From positions 446,379-510,378 of the forward strand of contig CAVPFA010000006.1 of the NCBI GenBank assembly GCA_963703655.1: a stretch of 64,000 nt of DNA. Reading direction: 5' to 3'. This document shows positions 9,939 through 20,326 of this stretch, in pieces (position 1 is the stretch's first letter; each line of letters opens with the position of its first letter). The notes below the pieces were generated by a model. That model saw nothing but the letters and a program-made list of their open reading frames with translations, searched no databases and was not told where the DNA came from. The stretch comes from an uncultured Acidimicrobiaceae bacterium (GTDB lineage: Bacteria; Actinomycetota; Acidimicrobiia; Acidimicrobiales; Bog-793). Made by a program: the position numbers and the translations under genes.

Positions 9939-10416
9939 TCAAGGCTTCGCGAACTTGATCGCCGCGTGCGCGTCGACCGTGCTCGTCACGCTCGGCTCGG
10001 ACACGAAGATGTAACAAGTCAGGTTCTTCGTCGTGGTTCCACACGACCCGTCCCCGACCTTGCCCGTTATCACCCGGAAGGAGGTCTTGGGGAACGTTCC
10101 CTTGAGGCCGGTGTTGACGAACACGAGGTGCGTCGACGCGGCAAGCTGCAGAGTCGTTCCTCAGCACGTGTGGATTGCATTCGACGATGACGAGCGCTGT
10201 CTTGTGCGGGAAGTTCTTCCCGGTGATTTCGACTTTCTGGCTTCTGTGGAGACCTACGGAGGGCGTCACCGTGATGATCGGCGCCGGAGCCCTACGGGGC
10301 ACGAGCAGAGACGCGCCGGCCACAGCGATCGCAGTCGTGCCGACGAACGCGAGGGCGAGCGCGCCACCGGCCACGAGATGAACAGGCGGACGACGCGGGC
10401 GTGAGCAGCGGGACAT
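9939..10416 (-). CDS. Secreted neocarzinostatin-apoprotein-like domain protein (frameshifted)
   Basis: ITVTPSVGL..SQKVEITGKNF...IVEC...C, continuing in ORF 9939..10124 (GDGSCGTT...TCYIFVS...AIKFA). Confidence 0.65.
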
Positions 10417-10560
10417 CCTTCACCTTTCATACCTTTTGCCAGTTGCTGCCTCCAGCGTACTGGAGTGACCACCTAAGCGGTCCCGGCTGCGGCGGCGGCC
10501 AGCGAAACTGTGCCGGGTGAGTCACAATGACTTCCACCCGAAACGCTCACGAGGGATCAG

Positions 10561-12169
10561 ATGGCCGAGCAGATGAAGCTCGACGCGCCGGTAGCCGAGG
10601 TCACGGTCTTCCGAGATGGCGCCCGCGTCGTGCGCCGCGGCACTGTCACGCTGGAGGTAGGAACCCGGACCGTCGTAGTTGCCCTGCTGCCGTCGACCGT
10701 CGATCCGGCATCGGTCCGTGTCGTCGCCCGCGGCTCGGACTTAGCGCTGCGTGACGTCGACGTCCACCGCGACTTTCGCGGAGAACCCCTGCGCGTGGAC
10801 ACTGCGCAGCTGCGAGCCGATGTCGACCGGTGCCGCCAGGCCTTGCAGGCCGTTGAGGACGACGATGCAGAAGAGCAGGCGCGGCTGGTTTTCTTCGGGC
10901 ATCTGTCCGAAGCCGCCGCGACCTCGTTTGCCCGGGCCGTGAGCTTCGGGCGCGCTGAGCACGGCGAGTTCGCGCGGATGGCCGACGAGTTGGCCGCCGG
11001 CACCGGTGCCGCCCTGGCCCGTCGCCGCGAGATCACCGGCCGCAAACGAGCCGCCGAGCGGGAGCTCGAGGCGGCGACAGAACGCCTCGCGGCCGCCGAG
11101 TCGGGACCTCCCCGCCTGGTCGAGCTCGTGGAGGTGCGCGGCGACCTTGGAGGTGAGTAGTCAGGTGGAGGCCGCGCTGGAGGTCTCGTACCACGTCTCG
11201 GGCGCTTTGTGGCGGCCTCTTTACGACTTGCGCCTCGATGGGGAGCGGCTCGACGTCTCCTACCTCGCGGAGGTCACTCAGAAAAGCGGGGAGGACTGGC
11301 CACCCGTGGAGCTGATTCTGTCGACGACGCGGCGCGGACGCCATACCTCGGTGCCCGAGCTTCGTCCGTGGTTCATCGGCCGGCCGGTTCCCGTCCCGGC
11401 TCGAGCGATGTCCCATATGGCTCGGGGAGAGCCCGTCTCGGCCGCCGGCGCCAGAAGGCCCGCGCCCCAGGAAGCCGGCCCGCAGTTCGCAGCGTTCGAG
11501 GCCGCAGCAGAGCTGATGCCGGAGGCGCCGCCGGTCGTCGCACACGCCGAGGAGTCGGGAATAGCGCTCGTCTACCGCGTCCCCACCCCGATGTCGGTGC
11601 CTTCCGATGGGGCGCCTTACAAGACGACCGTGGCGCGCTTCGAACTTGAAGCGGCGCTTGACCATCTCGCCATCCCGAAGCTCGCCCCTGAGGTCTACTT
11701 GCGCGCGACGGTCGCGAACAGCTCGCCCCTCCTGCTGCTGCCGGGTCCCGCCAATGTGTTCCACGACGTCGAGTACGTCGGCGCTACCGAACTCGACACG
11801 GTCGCCCCCGGGGAGGAATTCGAGCTGCACCTCGGCGTCGACGACCGTGTCCGCGTGGAGCGGGCGCTTCGCCGCAGGAGCACCGGCAGGGCGATCGTCG
11901 GCGGCACGCGCAGCATCGACGTCGCATACGAGATCACGCTCGAGAACCACCGTGACCGGCCAGTTCGGCTGACCGTGAAAGACCAGATCCCGACCTCACG
12001 TGATGGCGATGTCAAGGTCAAGCTCCGCGAGACGAACCCCAAGCCGGTCGAGCACGACGAACTCGGCCAGTTGACATGGAAGCTCGAGCTCGAGGCCGGA
12101 GCGAAGTCGGCGATCCGTCTCGCCTTCACCGTCGAGCACCCCGCGAGCGTGGTTCTCACGGGGTTGTAG
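10561..12169 (+). CDS. DUF4140/DUF4139 (MuiA/TIGR02231-like) protein, frameshifted near 11145
   Basis: APVAEVTVFRDGARVVRRG N-terminus; SYHVSGALWRPLYDLRL, QKSGEDW and LHLGVDDRV. Confidence 0.85.
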
Positions 12170-12211
12170 AAGGTGATTCCTTGTTACCCGGGCCCTTCGC
12201 TCAGACCACTC

Positions 12212-13621
12212 TCAACCCGGTAGGGGTCGGACGAGGTGCTCACCACGCGGTTTCTCGGCAACGACCTCACCGTCTTCTGCGACAACCTGACCGCGAAACA
12301 CCGTGAGAACCGGCACCCCTTGCACCCGACGCCCTTCCCACAGCGAGTAGTCGGCTTTCCCTCGGTATCGATGAACACCGAGCACCATGTCCTGCTCCGG
12401 GTCCAGGACAACCAGATCCGCATCTGAGCCAGGAGCAATGACGCCTTTGCGCGGATAGATTCCGTACTGGCGTGCGGGGTTCTCGGACGTCACCTTCGCG
12501 AGCAGTGAAGGGGTGATACGGCCCTTTGCAACTCCTTCGTTCCACAGCAGCGGGAGAGTGTCGGCCACCTGCATGTTCAGACCTACTCGGCACTCCCAAA
12601 AGTCGACACCGCCTTTGAAGCGACTCGAATAGGTGAGCGTGTCGGTTCCGACGAAGCTGATCGTGCCATCACAGATCCCGGCCCAGAGCCCTTCCCGGTC
12701 GGCATCGCGGCGCACGGGCGGTTGGACCTTCGCCTTTGCGCCCATGCCCGCCTGGTCGAATTCGTCCGCCGTCCCGCAGAGGTAGGCCGCCAGCGTCTCG
12801 CCCATGATGCTCATGCCCTGTTTTTTCATGGAACGAATCGTGTCGACGGTGAATCTGGAGCTGACGTGCACGGGGTACATCGTGACCTTCGTGTGGTTGG
12901 CGATAAGGCCGTAACCATGCACCTGCAAGCTTTCCGCCCAGTCCGGGCTCGTTTCTGACCACGACACCAGGCTCCCGTCGGGGTCCAGCTCCCGCATCCG
13001 GTCAACTAGAACGCCCCGAGACGTGGGCTCCTCGGCATGAATGGACGCAAACGCGTGGCGACTGTTCGCCTTAATGACTTCGCAGGCTTGCATGAAGAAA
13101 TCAGGGGGAATGCCGTTCGGGTCCATGCCGAATGAAGCAGCCTGTTCGCCAACGTAGCCGGTGTAGAATTTGAACGCGGTCCCGCCCTCGGCGATGATGC
13201 CGGGGATTTTTTCGATCTGGTTCCGCCTCGTCACAACGGTGTTGATCTTGAAGTCAACGTGGCTGTTGCCTGATGCACACTTGAGAGCCCGGTGGAACAG
13301 TTCATCCAGCGGGCTGTCCTCGATCAGGGTCGTGTTGCAGATCGTCGTCACGCCGCCGATGAGACAGTCGCGACTGTCGTAGCGAAAGTCCTCCCGCATC
13401 GTGTCGTCAGTGTCGTCGTCGCCGATACCAAAGTGCACGTGCGGGTCGATCAACCCAGGAAGGAGGACCTTCCCGTCCAGCTCAACGACCCGGCGGGCAT
13501 CACCAAGCACCTCGTCGGCACCGACGGCTGTGATGTGCTCCCCGTCGATTGCCACTCCGCCGAGCAGTTCACCGGACGGCGTGACGACGAGGCCTCCCTT
13601 GAGCACCAGATCGTGAGCCAT
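12212..13621 (-). CDS. Cyclic amidohydrolase (dihydropyrimidinase/hydantoinase/dihydroorotase family)
   Basis: LPGLIDPHVH, AFKFY (carboxylated Lys), IHAEE, VHVSS, GTD, NPARQYGIYPRKGVIAPGSDADLV. Confidence 0.85.
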   Translation of the reverse strand: MAHDLVLKGGLVVTPSGELLGGVAIDGEHITAVGADEVLGDARRVVELDGKVLLPGLIDPHVHFGIGDDDTDDTMREDFRYDSRDCLIGGVTTICNTTLIEDSPLDELFHRALKCASGNSHVDFKINTVVTRRNQIEKIPGIIAEGGTAFKFYTGYVGEQAASFGMDPNGIPPDFFMQACEVIKANSRHAFASIHAEEPTSRGVLVDRMRELDPDGSLVSWSETSPDWAESLQVHGYGLIANHTKVTMYPVHVSSRFTVDTIRSMKKQGMSIMGETLAAYLCGTADEFDQAGMGAKAKVQPPVRRDADREGLWAGICDGTISFVGTDTLTYSSRFKGGVDFWECRVGLNMQVADTLPLLWNEGVAKGRITPSLLAKVTSENPARQYGIYPRKGVIAPGSDADLVVLDPEQDMVLGVHRYRGKADYSLWEGRRVQGVPVLTVFRGQVVAEDGEVVAEKPRGEHLVRPLPG

Positions 13622-13638
13622 GGCTTAGTTGTTCGCCA

Positions 13639-15258
13639 CTAACTCAGCCACGCCGTTTCCCAGCTGCAGTTCCCGAGTGGTATTCCTCCCCCTGCCGCAG
13701 CTCGGAACCCATTCACACGCGTACTCATGAGGTCGACGATCTTGTTGTAAGCAGGAATGATGTATCCACCCTGGGTGAAGTCGATGTGCTGCATCTCGTG
13801 AGTGATCTCGCGCCGCTTCGACTCATTAAGCGTCGAGTTGGCGGCGCGATAGAGGGCGATATAGCTAGGATCATCGAAGTGACACTCGTTGAACGGCGAG
13901 TTCGGGAGTGTTGCCTGAGCGACTTGGGACAGGTAGGGATTGTAGTCCCAGTAGTCCTGCGCGAAGACCCACTTGAGATAGTTCGGACCGAAGAAGGTCG
14001 TCGAAGGGACATTGTTGAGATTGATCGTCACACCGGCGGCCTTCGCCTGCTGAACGAGGACTTGAGCACAGTTGACAGCCCCTCCGGCAATGTCGGAGGT
14101 GACGAGCTCGACGGTCAAGTGCTCATGACCAGCCTTCTTGAGCAGGAACTTAGCTTGCGGAATGTCCTGCTCGCGAGTGAGCGAGCTCTCGTAGTCCGGG
14201 TCGTGCTGTCCGAACAGGTCGTTGCCGACAGCGGCGTATCCGTCGAAAGCGGTTTTGACCAGCTGTGGTCGGTTCACGATGAGGCGCATCGCTTGGCGGA
14301 CCCGGACATCGTTGAAGGGCGGCTGATCTACTCTCATCGTGAACGGGATCCATTGGCCGGTGTTGGAGATCACCGCCTTCAGGCCGGCAATCTTCTGGGC
14401 CTCGGGCACTACCGTAAGAGCCGCCTCGGAGTAGACGTCGACGTTCCCTGCCTGGAGGGCACTGAAGGCGGACGCGTCGTTCGAGAAGGAGTCGATCATT
14501 GTGACGCTGTCGAGGTAAGGCAGGCCCGTCTTCCAGTAGTGCTCGTTGCGCTCGAACACGCTCTGCACTGCCGGCGTGAAGCTCTTGTACTTGAAGGGCC
14601 CCGTTCCGATCGGCTTATGGGGGTTATAGCCGACCGGGACGATCCCGTAGTTGTAGCTCGGGAAGAGCTGTTCGGGAAGCGTCGCGAGCGGCTGAAGCAT
14701 GTGGATGCGGAGCGTACGCGAATCGAGCTTTTGGATGTTGTTGAGGTCGACAAGCGAGAGCACAGAGAAGCCGTTCAGCGGCTTCTTCGGATTCGCGATC
14801 CTCCGAATCGTATAGATCACGTCCTCTGCCCCGAGGGTCTTTCCGTTGTGGAACGTGACACCCGGGCGAACCCGAATGGTCCAAGCGGTCGCATTCTTGT
14901 TAGGCGTCAGCTCCTCGGCCAGCTCATTGACGACACCGGTCCCGGCCAGGTTGTAAGTCACGAGCCCGTTGTAGAGCGCTGTGACCCGCACGAGGTCGGG
15001 GGTGCTGACCTCGGCGTCAGCATCGAGCGTGTCGCCCGACGATCCGCCTAGCACGGCGACGGTCAGGTTGCCACCTCGTTTCGCTCTCGCCAGCGAGGCG
15101 CCCTTCGATGCTGTCGACCACCTCCTGCTGCTACCGCGGGTCCCAAAGATGCCTCCCGCAGCCAGTAGGGCGGTTCCGCTGCCACCAAGGCGAAGGAAGT
15201 CACGCCGGGTAATGTCCTCCCCGCCGGCCCGAGGGCCGGATTCCCCCGAAGTGCTCAT
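13639..15258 (-). CDS. ABC transporter substrate-binding protein (family 5) with Tat signal
   Basis: TRRDFL Tat motif; RPGVTFHNGK, IGTGPF, DVRVRQAM. Confidence 0.9.
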   Translation of the reverse strand: MSTSGESGPRAGGEDITRRDFLRLGGSGTALLAAGGIFGTRGSSRRWSTASKGASLARAKRGGNLTVAVLGGSSGDTLDADAEVSTPDLVRVTALYNGLVTYNLAGTGVVNELAEELTPNKNATAWTIRVRPGVTFHNGKTLGAEDVIYTIRRIANPKKPLNGFSVLSLVDLNNIQKLDSRTLRIHMLQPLATLPEQLFPSYNYGIVPVGYNPHKPIGTGPFKYKSFTPAVQSVFERNEHYWKTGLPYLDSVTMIDSFSNDASAFSALQAGNVDVYSEAALTVVPEAQKIAGLKAVISNTGQWIPFTMRVDQPPFNDVRVRQAMRLIVNRPQLVKTAFDGYAAVGNDLFGQHDPDYESSLTREQDIPQAKFLLKKAGHEHLTVELVTSDIAGGAVNCAQVLVQQAKAAGVTINLNNVPSTTFFGPNYLKWVFAQDYWDYNPYLSQVAQATLPNSPFNECHFDDPSYIALYRAANSTLNESKRREITHEMQHIDFTQGGYIIPAYNKIVDLMSTRVNGFRAAAGGGIPLGNCSWETAWLS

Positions 15259-15308
15259 GTATCCCCCCAAACGATCTATCAACGGTCCTCCATAGAACCA
15301 AAAGTGGT

Positions 15309-15338
15309 ATGCTAATGAGACCGACGATCGGCCGTCAA
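15309..15338 (-). promoter_or_regulatory. Sigma70-type promoter for the SBP-amidohydrolase operon
   Basis: TTGACG-N18-TAGCAT on the minus strand. Confidence 0.45.
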
Positions 15339-15364
15339 GTGGCGGCCCAAGTACCCAGAGGGAC

Positions 15365-16180
15365 CTAGACGCTCAGATGTCCCCGCCTCCGGAGTTCCTC
15401 GGATCCGGGAGAGTCCGGCTTCGGCCTCGGCATCAGGAATGCGGGAATCCTCCGTAGGCGCGCCCGCCCGTAGGTGAGCTCGCACAGGCGTTCGAGATGT
15501 GCGAAATGATCATCCATCACGTCCTCGATCTCGTCGGGGTCGCCGCGGACAACAGCAGCAAGAGTCGCATCATGAAGGTCGATCCTGACCGACAGGGGCT
15601 CGTCGTCGACGACCGAGACGACCGCCTGGAGCCTGCGATAGATCGAACGCATGGCGAGCTCGAGCTCGCGGTTGCCGCTGGCACGCCAGAGCTGCCGGTG
15701 GAAGCGGGCGTTGCTGAGCCAGTACTGCTGCGAGTCCGTGGGGGCAGCTCGCTGAAGCTCGATCGTCTGGCGCATGGCTGCGAAGTCCTGCTCGGTCCCG
15801 CGGAGCGCGGCGAGTTGGGCAACCCGCGGCTCGAGGGCTCGGCGAGCTTCCAGAATCATGAAGACGTGCTCTGTTTCCAAAGGAGCTTGAGGATCCGCGA
15901 GGTCAGGTACCCAGACAGAGGCGACCCTCGTGCCTCCCCCAGGCCCGGACACGACAGCGAGCACACCAGCGTCGCCGAGAATCTCGAGAGCGTGACGAAG
16001 GGTCCGCCGACTGACGCCCATCGCTTCGGCGAGCTGACGCTCTCCTGGGAGGAGCTGCCCCTGATGCACCTTGCCAACGCGGATCAGGTCGGCGAGCTGC
16101 TCCACGACCGCGTCGACAGTTCGCGGCACTTCCACTGGCGAGAAGAGAGTGACCGGAGCGCGGAATTGGTTCTGGGACAT
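15365..16180 (-). CDS. GntR/FadR family transcriptional regulator
   Basis: LPGERQLAEAMGVSRRTLRHAL HTH followed by an FCD domain. Confidence 0.9.
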   Translation of the reverse strand: MSQNQFRAPVTLFSPVEVPRTVDAVVEQLADLIRVGKVHQGQLLPGERQLAEAMGVSRRTLRHALEILGDAGVLAVVSGPGGGTRVASVWVPDLADPQAPLETEHVFMILEARRALEPRVAQLAALRGTEQDFAAMRQTIELQRAAPTDSQQYWLSNARFHRQLWRASGNRELELAMRSIYRRLQAVVSVVDDEPLSVRIDLHDATLAAVVRGDPDEIEDVMDDHFAHLERLCELTYGRARLRRIPAFLMPRPKPDSPGSEELRRRGHLSV

Positions 16181-16199
16181 GTCGGTCGCCAGGCTCTCT

Positions 16200-17558
16200 T
16201 CAGGAGTCTTCCTGGAGACTGGCCATCAGGCACCGGTTCCAAAGCGCGTAGTTCCGCACTGCTGCCGCGTAACCGTCCGTGCGGGCGAGATCCACGCGGT
16301 CGGCGAGGGAGCCGGAGAGGTGCCGAGCGATCGTGGCTTTCTGCCACTCGAGCCCAGCGATGCAACGGTCGGCGAACAGACGCGACACGGTCGCCACGTC
16401 ATGAAGCGCGCCGAGAAGGTGACGCGCAACGACGGGCTCCATGACGTTCAACTCGAGCTCACCAGCTGCTGCGGCGGCTTCCACGATGTTCGCAGCACCC
16501 CGCACCTCGAATGCCACCTGCATCACCAGTTCCGGGATGACAGGGTTCACCTTCCCAGGCATGATCGACGATCCGACCTGTACCGCCGGCAGCCGAACCT
16601 CAGCGATTCCACCGAGTGGCCCGGAGCTGAGCAGGCGCAAATCGTTTGCGACCTTGGCCATGACGAGCATTGCACTAACCAGGCTGGACGTCACGGAGAC
16701 GTATTCATCTATGTGTGCCAGAGAGTCGTATGCATCATCCACAATCGTCAGCGGCATGCCCGTCTCGTCGGCGAGACAGTCGACGGCCAACTCCCGGTAG
16801 CCAGTCGGAGCGCCCAGGCCTGTCCCAACGGCGGTCGCTCCGAGAGGAACCGAGAAAAGCTGGTCACAGGCGGAAACGAGACCTCGGATCGTGCGATCGA
16901 GCGCGCGAGCTTCCCCGTTCTGGGTCGCGCTGACCTCCACGGGCAATGCATCCTGGAGGCAGGTCCTGCCCAGACGGACGAGATGGCCGGCCTTGACGCT
17001 GTCAGCCCGGATGGCTTCAGCAAGGTGACGCAGACCCGCAATGGCTTGCCGGGACTGGGAAATGACAGCGATCCGTAGTGCCGTGGGGTACACGTCGTTC
17101 GTGGACTGCGAACGGTTCACGTGATCGTTGGGGTGCACGAGGTCATAGGTCCCTCGGGCGCCACCGAGCATCTCGGCCGCTCGATTCGCTATCACCTCGT
17201 TGACGTTCATATTCGTGGCCGTGCCGCCGCCCCCTTGGACGACGTCCAACGGGAAGTGTTGGTCCAGGTGGTTGGCTGCGACTTCCCGGCCGGCTTCGAC
17301 GACTACGCCCGAGATCGGTGCAGCTAGCTCGCCGAGCGCCGCGTTCGCGAGAGCGGCGGCCACCTTCACCTTGCCGAATGCCGAGATCAGCTCGGGTCGA
17401 GCCTGGAGCGTGACGCCGGACACGCGGAAGTTCGTACGACCACGTTGGGTCTGCGCACCAAAAAGCGCCGAGGCGGGCACCAGCACGTCGCCAAGCGCAT
17501 CGTGCTCGACCCGGAAGGTTTCGCTTGCTCGGTCGGTCGCGTCATCCTCGTCGGACAT
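16200..17558 (-). CDS. aspA: Aspartate ammonia-lyase (class II fumarase/aspartase superfamily)
   Basis: QGGGGTATNMNVNEVIANRA, HPNDHVNRSQSTND, GSSIMPGKVNPVIPE. Confidence 0.85.
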   Translation of the reverse strand: MSDEDDATDRASETFRVEHDALGDVLVPASALFGAQTQRGRTNFRVSGVTLQARPELISAFGKVKVAAALANAALGELAAPISGVVVEAGREVAANHLDQHFPLDVVQGGGGTATNMNVNEVIANRAAEMLGGARGTYDLVHPNDHVNRSQSTNDVYPTALRIAVISQSRQAIAGLRHLAEAIRADSVKAGHLVRLGRTCLQDALPVEVSATQNGEARALDRTIRGLVSACDQLFSVPLGATAVGTGLGAPTGYRELAVDCLADETGMPLTIVDDAYDSLAHIDEYVSVTSSLVSAMLVMAKVANDLRLLSSGPLGGIAEVRLPAVQVGSSIMPGKVNPVIPELVMQVAFEVRGAANIVEAAAAAGELELNVMEPVVARHLLGALHDVATVSRLFADRCIAGLEWQKATIARHLSGSLADRVDLARTDGYAAAVRNYALWNRCLMASLQEDS

Positions 17559-17650
17559 GAGTGTTCTCGCTCGTCGGCTTGGTACCATCAGTGACCCAGA
17601 GCTGGTACACGACGATAACTCTAACTGACGAGCTGGCTGAGGAGGAGAGG

Positions 17651-18616
17651 TTGGCCCGCCTGCGCCTCATAGCGATGGGGGGCACCATCGCGTTCATCGA
17701 CTCGAAGGACGGGGCGGTCCCGTCTTTGCGAGCCGAGGAGCTCTCACACTCAGTCCGATCGAGACACGAGATCGACACCGTCGATCTGGCGACGATATCG
17801 AGCGTCGCCATGTCGGAGGACCATCTCCGTCTTCTGGTTCGAGAGATCGAGGACAGCATCGCGGATGGCTACGACGGCATCGTCGTCTCTCACGGAACCG
17901 ACACGCTCGAGGAAACCGCGTACTTGGTCGCGCTGACCATAAGACGGAGTCGAGTGCCGCTCGCATTCACTGGGGCGATGCGCCACCACGACGCGCCAGG
18001 AACCGACGGCATCGCGAATCTCGAAGACGCTCTGGCGTTCTCCGAGCAAGCTCGAGCTGCCCAGGCACTCGGGCCTGTCGTGGTCATGAACGGAGAGATC
18101 CACTCGGCAAGGTTTGCTACAAAGCAGAACACCGTGAGCCTGGATGCCTTTGGCTCACCGGGCGCGGGTCCTGTCGGCTCGGTCACCGAGAGTCGTGTCT
18201 CGATCTGGTTCGCGCCGAACTACAACGATTACGTCGGTGGCTTTCCCGATGGTCACTGGCCGCGGGTCGACCTCGTACATATGACCACGGCCATGGATCC
18301 AGCTGGATTCGAGGCGGTGATCGAGAGCGGTCCGGCAGGCGTCGTCCTTGCGGGGTTCGGTGGTGGTCATGCTCATACGGCGGTGCTGGAGGGGATAGAC
18401 GAGCTTGCTCGCCGAAGCATCCCGGTCGTAGCTGCTTCCCGCTGCTGCTCAGGGGACACCCTTCGCAGTACCTACGGAGTGCCAGGAACAGAAATCGATC
18501 TCCAGGCTAGAGGTGCGCTCATGGCTGGCATCCTGAGCCCCGTCAAGTCGCGACTTCGCCTTATGGTCGCACTTGCTAACGGGTTGCCTCCGTCGACGGT
18601 GTTCCCGGTTGGCTGA
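17651..18616 (+). CDS. ansA: L-asparaginase (type I family)
   Basis: MGGTIA and SHGTDTLEET motifs; GGAGGAG RBS before TTG. Confidence 0.85.
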   Translation: MARLRLIAMGGTIAFIDSKDGAVPSLRAEELSHSVRSRHEIDTVDLATISSVAMSEDHLRLLVREIEDSIADGYDGIVVSHGTDTLEETAYLVALTIRRSRVPLAFTGAMRHHDAPGTDGIANLEDALAFSEQARAAQALGPVVVMNGEIHSARFATKQNTVSLDAFGSPGAGPVGSVTESRVSIWFAPNYNDYVGGFPDGHWPRVDLVHMTTAMDPAGFEAVIESGPAGVVLAGFGGGHAHTAVLEGIDELARRSIPVVAASRCCSGDTLRSTYGVPGTEIDLQARGALMAGILSPVKSRLRLMVALANGLPPSTVFPVG

Positions 18617-18646
18617 GTCGGGTAGAAATTTTCGCGCACTTCGGCT

Positions 18647-19069
18647 TCATCGTCTCTTGGGCTTTCTCGGCTCGGCCCGCTCCGCACGGACGCCGGCGTG
18701 TCGAGCCAGGACGTCGAAATCGCGATCGTTGTGCAGGACTGAAACGCCGGCTCGTAAGGCCACTGCCCCGATCAGGCAATCGGTCAGCGCCCAGACTGTC
18801 TCTCCCGCTTGCCGGCACGCACGGTATAAGTCGGCCGCTGCTTCGTAGCTAGCCAGTCCGTCCACCGGCAGGTAGTCGCAGCGCGCCAATAACCGCCGGA
18901 GCCGTTGGTGGTGGTCCTTATCACGAGCACCGGCCAAGACTTCCATCATTACAACGTCGGTCGTGTGAACCAGCGTGTCGTCCTCTAGAAGGAGGCGGAC
19001 CGCTCGATGAGTGTCGCTGCCAGTTCCTCGAAGGAACTCGACCCACGCCGAGGTGTCGACCAGGCTCAC
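18647..19069 (-). CDS. vapC: VapC PIN-domain toxin
   Basis: [11 protein letters not shown]...MMEVLAG...DCLIGAVAL...LHNDRDF. Confidence 0.9.
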   Translation of the reverse strand: MSLVDTSAWVEFLRGTGSDTHRAVRLLLEDDTLVHTTDVVMMEVLAGARDKDHHQRLRRLLARCDYLPVDGLASYEAAADLYRACRQAGETVWALTDCLIGAVALRAGVSVLHNDRDFDVLARHAGVRAERAEPRKPKRR

Positions 19070-19275
19070 CCAGCGAGTCGGCGACCGCGGCGCATCTCGT
19101 CGAGGTCGCCCTCCCAGCCTGCCCCCTCCATCTCCAAGGCTTCCTCTCGCGTCATCGACTCGCCCACCAATCGTCGCAGCGCCAGATCGACCGCGGCGCG
19201 CTTCGAGTGCAACCCGTAGCGCTGCATCGCTTCACTCACGAGGTCGTCATCGATCTCGATGTTCGTCCGTCCCAT
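19066..19275 (-). CDS. vapB: VapB antitoxin
   Basis: [36 protein letters not shown]; overlaps the vapC start. Confidence 0.9.
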   Translation of the reverse strand: MGRTNIEIDDDLVSEAMQRYGLHSKRAAVDLALRRLVGESMTREEALEMEGAGWEGDLDEMRRGRRLAG

Positions 19276-19286
19276 GGACACCAGAG

Positions 19287-19302
19287 TACACCCCTTGGTG
19301 TA
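19287..19302. promoter_or_regulatory. Putative VapBC operator palindrome
   Basis: TACACC-CCTT-GGTGTA overlaps a -10 TACTCT located 7 nt before the vapB ATG (leaderless). Confidence 0.55.
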
Positions 19303-19309
19303 TTTGGGT

Positions 19310-19337
19310 GGGCGCCCCCGGCAGGGCGCCCCCGGCA
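19310..19337. repeat. Tandem duplication of the tRNA-Arg 3' end (att-like)
   Basis: GGGCGCCCCCGGCA twice, at 19310-19323 and 19324-19337. Confidence 0.8.
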
Positions 19338-19400
19338 GGACTCGAACCTGCGACCGTCTGCTTAGAAGGCAGCTGCTCTGATCCACTGAGCTACGGGGGC
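19327..19400 (-). tRNA. tRNA-Arg(UCU)
   Basis: GCCCCCGTAGCTCAGTGGATCAGAGC...CTTCTAA loop...GGTTCGAGTCC...CGGGGGCG cloverleaf. Confidence 0.95.
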
Positions 19401-19741
19401 TTACGTGTGGTCATTTACCTGGTCGGCTAGGCAATCTCCGGGGCGGTGCTCGGACACATTCCCACGGGCCGAAGGCGCCGTTGGCATCCTTGATGATGTG
19501 CCGGAGCAGCCAGCAACGCTACTCCCACCGGTGCGCTGGCTGGAACTTCTCGTCGCCTTACGAACTCGAGGGTTGGCGTCCGGAGACAGTCTGGCCGAAC
19601 TCTCGGAGTTTCGATGGAGACTCGCTCGCTGACCTCCGGGAGCATGGCGCCGGCGCAGTACCTACTCTGGAGAGTGGCCGTTTCTTCGGTGGCGGCCGTC
19701 GCGTTGGCCTCGCCCATCCGCAGGAGAGAGGAGCCTCGCCC

Positions 19742-20101
19742 ATGACCGTCCGGATCGAGATCGGGATCGATACCGTGATGCCGGAGCTGCTTGCGGCGTT
19801 CTGGGCCGACGCTCTCGGCTACACGATCGGCGAAATGGACCGAGGCGGGACCTACCTCGACCTCGTACCGCCGGAGCCGACGATGCCCGTCGTCTACTTG
19901 CAACGAGTGCCCGAGTCGAAGACGGTAAAGAACCGCCTGCATCTCGATCTCATGACTCCCGACCCCGAAGCAGCGATCGGGCGACTGATCTCTCTTGGGG
20001 CGTCGCGGGTCGGAACACCGATGTCCGGGAGCGACAGCGCCTGGTGGCAGGTGATGGCTGACCCGGAGGGGAACGAGTTCTGTGTGTGCCGGGTCGAATA
20101 G
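19742..20101 (+). CDS. VOC/glyoxalase family protein
   Basis: LAAFWADALGY, KTVKNRLHLDL, VMADPEGNEFCV. Confidence 0.9.
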   Translation: MTVRIEIGIDTVMPELLAAFWADALGYTIGEMDRGGTYLDLVPPEPTMPVVYLQRVPESKTVKNRLHLDLMTPDPEAAIGRLISLGASRVGTPMSGSDSAWWQVMADPEGNEFCVCRVE

Positions 20102-20182
20102 CCGAGACGGACAGCTTCGGATTGGCAAGACGGCTGTACGATGCTTGAGAGGCATCGAGGCGCACAAGCGACTCGTGAACGT

Positions 20183-20257
20183 GGTGGCCGTAGCTCAGTT
20201 GGTTAGAGCGCCAGGTTGTGGCCCTGGAGGTCGGGGGTTCAAGTCCCCTCGGTCACC
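20183..20257 (+). tRNA. tRNA-His(GUG)
   Basis: G-1 followed by GTGGCCGTAGCTCAGTTGGTTAGAGC...TTGTGGC loop...GGTTCAAGTCC. Confidence 0.95.
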
Positions 20258-20326
20258 CTCTTGCTTCTTCATGTCTTTCTCGCGGGATCCGCCAGCCGAG
20301 AGACCGGCTAGGCTCACGGCCTGCGC

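Noticed and set aside
9256-10416. 386-aa neocarzinostatin-PAP2 fusion ORF
   Set aside because: The middle part is out-of-frame sequence; the real C-terminus of the upstream gene is ORF 9939..10124, so these are two genes.
13786-15051. Long antisense ORFs (e.g. 13786..15051, 52638..53957, 35941..37095)
   Set aside because: Shadow ORFs opposite well-supported genes, typical of high-GC codon bias; no motifs.
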